A DNA stretch of 63,961 nt, filler included, from Atractiella rhizophila (taxonomy: Eukaryota), in NCBI GenBank assembly GCA_021432655.1. It is 4 parts of 4 records of this genome, joined end to end, with 100 filler letters (N's around TTAATTAATTAA, not from the genome) between each part and the next. Parts side by side here need not be neighbours in the genome. Positions count along the whole stretch, not along the records: positions 53,530 to 62,530 come from MU271759.1; positions 62,631 to 63,961 come from MU271858.1; 2 more parts are not named here. The stretch is one strand, 5' to 3'. Position 1 is the stretch's first letter, and the number at the start of each line of letters is the position of its first letter. This document shows positions 59,315 to 63,961 of the stretch, one piece after another. The translations under genes and the position numbers were made by a program. The notes beneath the pieces were generated by a model. It worked only from the letters and a program-made list of their open reading frames with translations, ran no database searches and had not been told where the DNA came from.

Positions 59315-60259
59315 TCAGAGTGTCCTGACGGGAGTAAAGGCCGATGTGAGCGCTGATGCGCCCACAGGCTGAAGATTTGTTGGAGAACCCGTGTTGGTTG
59401 TTGGGCTAGCGACTGGACCTGTTGCGAAACAGATGGTTTGCGGACAGGAAGAGCTGGCAGCTGGTCCAGCGGTGTTTGTCGAACTTTTATTGTCGTTCGA
59501 CTTTGACTGTGTGATTGCGACTGGAACTGCGACGGCGACGGCAACAATGAGGAGACCGGCGACGATGGCCAGGATGATGAGAGGGCGTTTGAACCATGGC
59601 TTTCTCCGTGATCCTGATTCCAGAATGGTTCCATCTACATCACGCGGCCTCCGCGTTTTGGGAGGGCCAGGCACCTTCTCCGAGAAAGAAGAAACTCTCT
59701 CCCCGTTACTGCCCGGAAACTGAGCGTACCCCTCTGGAGTGACCCGTCCGCCTAACGAAGAGTAAACTCCTCTGCCATCTCCTAGGTGAGCGCTACCTCT
59801 CTGGGAGTGTCCACTTAGGTCCCCTGATCCAGCTAGCTTGTCTGTCGAACTTCCACGCGAAGGATGCGGATGATGGGACATTCCCGTTGGGTGCCGGGGT
59901 GGTGCTGCACCAGGAGGCATCGAAGCAGCTACACCAGCAACGGCAGAAGAATAGTTGGAACCGGTGGGAGACGCAACACGCATTCCAGGGAGGGGAGGAG
60001 CGGGACCACCGTGAGGGTAGTCATTGGAGGAGTGTTCTGTATGGGAGTGCGAGGCTTCGGTTTTGGTTGTGCGATGTCGATGGAGGAGCGATTCGTCGTA
60101 CCCAGCTTGGCGCTGTTCGTTCGAGACCTCTGGAGCTCTCGCCAATAGATCCGCATCGAATTCTCCCCCGCCACCAAGCGGACGTGTGGAAGAATAGCCA
60201 GACTCCATTGTGGATTGGGGTGATGGAGTGACACCAGCGGGAAGGGGTCGAGGAGGCAT
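59315..60259 (-). CDS. Single-pass membrane protein with a disordered N-terminus and a Ser/Thr-rich ectodomain
   Basis: KPWFKRPLIILAIVAGLLIVAVAVAVPVAI transmembrane segment. Confidence 0.7.
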   Translation of the reverse strand: MPPRPLPAGVTPSPQSTMESGYSSTRPLGGGGEFDADLLARAPEVSNEQRQAGYDESLLHRHRTTKTEASHSHTEHSSNDYPHGGPAPPLPGMRVASPTGSNYSSAVAGVAASMPPGAAPPRHPTGMSHHPHPSRGSSTDKLAGSGDLSGHSQRGSAHLGDGRGVYSSLGGRVTPEGYAQFPGSNGERVSSFSEKVPGPPKTRRPRDVDGTILESGSRRKPWFKRPLIILAIVAGLLIVAVAVAVPVAITQSKSNDNKSSTNTAGPAASSSCPQTICFATGPVASPTTNTGSPTNLQPVGASALTSAFTPVRTL

Positions 60260-60780
60260 GATGAGCTGAAGTGGTCGAAGTGGGCGACGGGGTAGAAATG
60301 GACGCAAGTGGGTCTGAGGGTAGAAAAATGGATTAAGAGGTTCCCTCTCGGGAAATGTTCAAGCAATCAACGAGGAAGGCTATGCACCGCATCCAGTCCA
60401 CGACCGTTCAGCTGGAAAATTCAGAGACGCACCTGTGGGACTTATCAGCACATTTAGGCTACTCTGAAGGCTCCTGGCTTCTCTAAATGTCGTCTCAGGC
60501 TGAAGGGGAGGTCGTTGTTGAGATTTGGCAATTTGTCGTGCTAAAAGCTGGAGGCATGCTTGGATCGGATATATCTAATCCGAGGAGATCGAAGGCCGGG
60601 CAGGTTCGGACTAACATCGCAAACAGCAGTGAACACACACCCATCCTGCTCACTCCATGTCCGAATTGTTTTCCCACTGTTGGTTCATGTACTTCCCTCA
60701 TGTGAATTGGGCTTTCAAAACGAGCAGGATCTTATTATTGAAGGGGCAATTTTTACAAATACGACATCCGTTTAAGTTGT

Positions 60781-61910
60781 TTACACATATTTCTTGAACC
60801 AATCGACAGTTTGCTGCAATGCCTTCTCAAATCCCTTCTTTTGCTCTTCATCGCTCAAGTCTGGTCTCGCAGCAAAACCTGTTAATAATACGTCAGGCTT
60901 GCATCAGTTACGAAAGAGAGAGCAACAACAGACCATGATTGCAACCGTCATAGATCTTCAACTCCGACTCCACATCGAGCGACTTTAAGACTTCCTGAAT
61001 GGCATCCCTCTCCTTATTCGACAGAACGTAGTCCTCTTCTCCGCAAGCAAAGCTCAGAGGGACCTTAGCCTTCTTTATCATCTCCGCTGACACCTTCCCT
61101 CCCGGATGGCACAGCACAGCGCATTTTATAAGGTTTGGATCCTGGGCAGCGAGACCACAGAAGTGGGCTCCTAAGCAGTAACCGACGATGCCCACTGTTT
61201 GGACCCCTCGCTTCTCCTTGATTTCTTTTATGGTCTGCAGAAGGATCAGGTTCACCACTTGAAGTCGCACTGTAAGACCAGGGAGAAGAGACTCACGTCT
61301 TCGTATCGCTTGAACATCACGTCGTAGTCCATCCTACTCATAACACCGATGGCGCCGGCAGAAACGAGTTTATAAACGTTCGCCGTCGTTCCCTTGATGG
61401 AAGAGACCAGTCCATGTTTCTTGTAAGGTTTCGGAGCAGGCTCCATCGACTTGACATAGTCGCCTAACAGGGCATCAGGGACGAAGACTTGCATCCCCGT
61501 TTCTCTCGAGAGGATGTCAGCGATGATCTTCGGGTTCACGACGTAGAAACCTGGTCGGTAAATTGAGCTTGGTCCTGGATCGACATGTGCATAAGGAAGT
61601 ACGGACCAAAAATGTCGTAGCCGCTACACACACAATCGCTTCAGCGTTAGCTAACCGAAAGGAGAAAGTTACGCACACGATAATCGCCTTGGTGGTTTGT
61701 GGTGCCGCTGGTGCGACATAACAGTCGATCCCAGCGATCTTCTCCATCGTACCTACACCTCCTATGTGAGCTAGGATCATGGATAGACGAAGGAGGTACC
61801 TTCGGGTTCTCCAGAGATCACTCCACCCTTGAAACCTAACACCGCAGTAGATCTCAATATATAATCTACAGCGGAAAGAACTGCTCACAATCAGCACAAA
61901 ATTCGACCAT
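60781..61910 (-). CDS. Dienelactone hydrolase family protein, multi-exon
   Basis: MVEFCAD start, VFVPD, GIVGYCLG nucleophile elbow, HPG, ACGEED and HG/FAARPD split by an intron. Confidence 0.88.
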
Positions 61911-62530
61911 ATCGCTCTACCTAGTAATTATCACGGATCCTGAAGAGGTGAGAATGGGAAGAAGGGCAAATCCCTCCCATCCTTTTATTGTGACACCCGT
62001 GCGGAGCTGGCGGGGAGTTGGTTTCTGTCCAGGAGCTAAATTGGGACATTGGATTGGAGGCAGCGGGTACGCAGTTTTGGGCGGCTGCTGCGACGCAAAG
62101 TGGCTTGGCGGTTCGAAAAGACGAGTTGGGACTGACAGAACAGTTGTTAAACCTAGTTGGACAGCTAAACCTCCCTTCGCTGATTCTGGCTTGTGACTCG
62201 TGTCGCCCAGTTCAGAAATGTATGGTGAATGGTGTGGCGACTTAAGCTGCTTTAGTACGACCTCTTCATCCCAAATGCCCTTAAAATGCTTGAAATGACG
62301 CCGTCCAAAAGAAACATCTTTTATTCCGTCATGACTGTCAGAACAAACTTTCAAGAACGCAATTCACTACCCATTTAGGTCGTTCCCAGAATTTATATAC
62401 CTGTAAAATGGAATTTTATGCAGTGGTATCTGGTATCTTATTATAAACGCGTTTTGCTCGTCCTCCGTCGTTCTTCTCCAATGATTCACTGGGATCGATC
62501 CGAAAGTGACCAAAGTCCTCCGCAATCCCC

Positions 62531-62630
62531 NNNNNNNNNNNNNNNNNNNNNNNNNNNNNNNNNNNNNNNNNNNNTTAATTAATTAANNNNNNNNNNNNNN
62601 NNNNNNNNNNNNNNNNNNNNNNNNNNNNNN
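62531..62630. other. Artificial assembly spacer
   Basis: 100-bp N/TTAATTAATTAA linker. Confidence 0.98.
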
Positions 62631-63961
62631 TCCCCCATGGCTTTGAGGCAGTTTGCTCTCCCCTGTGGACCTCCCATCGCAATGTACAGCTCCTCTGCCT
62701 CCTTGAATCGCTCCAGCGCTTCCTCATTCCTCCCACATTGAAAATCAATCTTCCCGATGGCTTGGACACAATCTGCTCGGTTTGAAATGGTTATACTGTT
62801 CTTAACAGAGTCACACAGCTCTGTTAAGGCTTCCTTAGTATAGCCTTGAAAATAAAGCTCCTGTCCAAGGTAGAACCGCAAGCGACTCATCACTTGGATG
62901 GACAGCTCCGTTCTCGACAACATTCTCTGCAGCAATTGCATGGTATTGAACCTCTTGCGATAGAGAATGTTTGAGTTTTTCAACACGAATTCTTCAATGA
63001 TTTTGTTCATTTCTGGAAGGTGCAGTAGGCTGTCAAAAACTACTTGTTGAAGGTTCACATATTCATCTCTGAACTCTAGTAAGGCATCTTGCTTCGTTGC
63101 CCCGTCAAATTTGTTGATTCTTTCTTGTGCTTTGATCAACAGGCAATTGGCAAGAGGCTGAAGAGAATCCGTGACTGGCAAAAGGAATGGGTTGATTTGC
63201 CTCAGAACGAGTTCGTTCACATATTTTCGAACTGGTGCGAGCATACGCAAGCGTCTCTTCAGCCCAGGAACCTCGTCCGCAAGACCAACATCCAGAATGG
63301 CGACTAGTGGCCGATAATCACCATCAAGTAAGCCTTCCAAGTCAAGGAGCAGGAGACCATCTGGAGACCAGGACAGAAATGACAGGGCGAGGGAACTGCC
63401 TGGCAGTTCTTGGAGAACGGGAGACATGAGAGAGAACCCAAGTGATATCTCTAGAGTGGGAGTGCCATCTCTGCCATCCGCGTTTTGTGATAGAACTGCA
63501 CTGGCTTGGTGCTGCCACTTTTCTAGAAGGACTGCTGCACTCGAGAAAGGATCGTGACGCGCTCTCAGAGCAAAAAGGCGGATCGACAGTGGATGGTAAT
63601 CCAAGCACGATAAAATGTCTTGCGTGACTGCCACATGTTGTGGGTCACGGCCATTCTCATAGAAGTGACAAAAGGTATTGGTTGCTGCTTCCTTATCCTC
63701 TTTCAGTGTGCCAATGCTAACTTGCACAAAGGTAGTGCTATTCACGTCGATACGTGGCGCATGATGCCCGCGCATAGCAAGGACGAGAATAGAACCTACT
63801 CCAGGTTCCGCGACAAAGGCCTGAAAGAACTGTTGCATCCTTTTCGAATCCGAATGTGCAGGTGTCTCAAAATTGTCCAGGATAAGCAGACATTTATTGC
63901 TTCGAAAAAAATCAGCGACGGCCGTCAAATCTGTGGTATCCAACTGGCGAGATAGAGTGAA
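62631..63961 (-). CDS. Fungal NLR-like protein (STAND/NB-ARC ATPase plus TPR repeats), partial at both ends
   Basis: Walker B LLILDNFET, sensor AMRG, LDYHPLSIRLFA, LEISLGFS, LSWSPDGL and LRMLAPVR; TPR-like NRADCVQAIG and GRANCLKAMG. Confidence 0.85.

Overview
Eukaryotic fungal DNA, most consistent with a basidiomycete (many short, roughly 40-60 nt GT-AG introns with CTRAC branch sites; GYP7, F-box, patatin and NLR genes). Three artificial 100-bp N/TTAATTAATTAA spacers split it into four contigs. About 1-36 kb is a transposon graveyard: two LINE relics, two PIF/Harbinger transposase relics, MITE-like repeats, a gag-only Copia element with LTRs and TSD, solo LTRs, a decayed Chk2/Rad53-like kinase and a Ngaro/DIRS-type tyrosine-recombinase retrotransposon. 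About 37.5-64 kb is gene-rich: an SDR, two divergent patatin loci, an F-box/LRR gene, GYP7, an intradiol dioxygenase-like gene, a dienelactone hydrolase and an NLR fragment. The two best novelty candidates are (1) a head-to-head pair of patatin-linked loci with unrecognised N-terminal domains and complementary active-site defects, whose shared head is duplicated about 7 kb away, and (2) a roughly 52-nt-period array of covarying twin RNA hairpins inside a predicted 553-nt spliceosomal intron of the retrotransposon ORF1. All gene models and domain calls were made by eye, without database searches.
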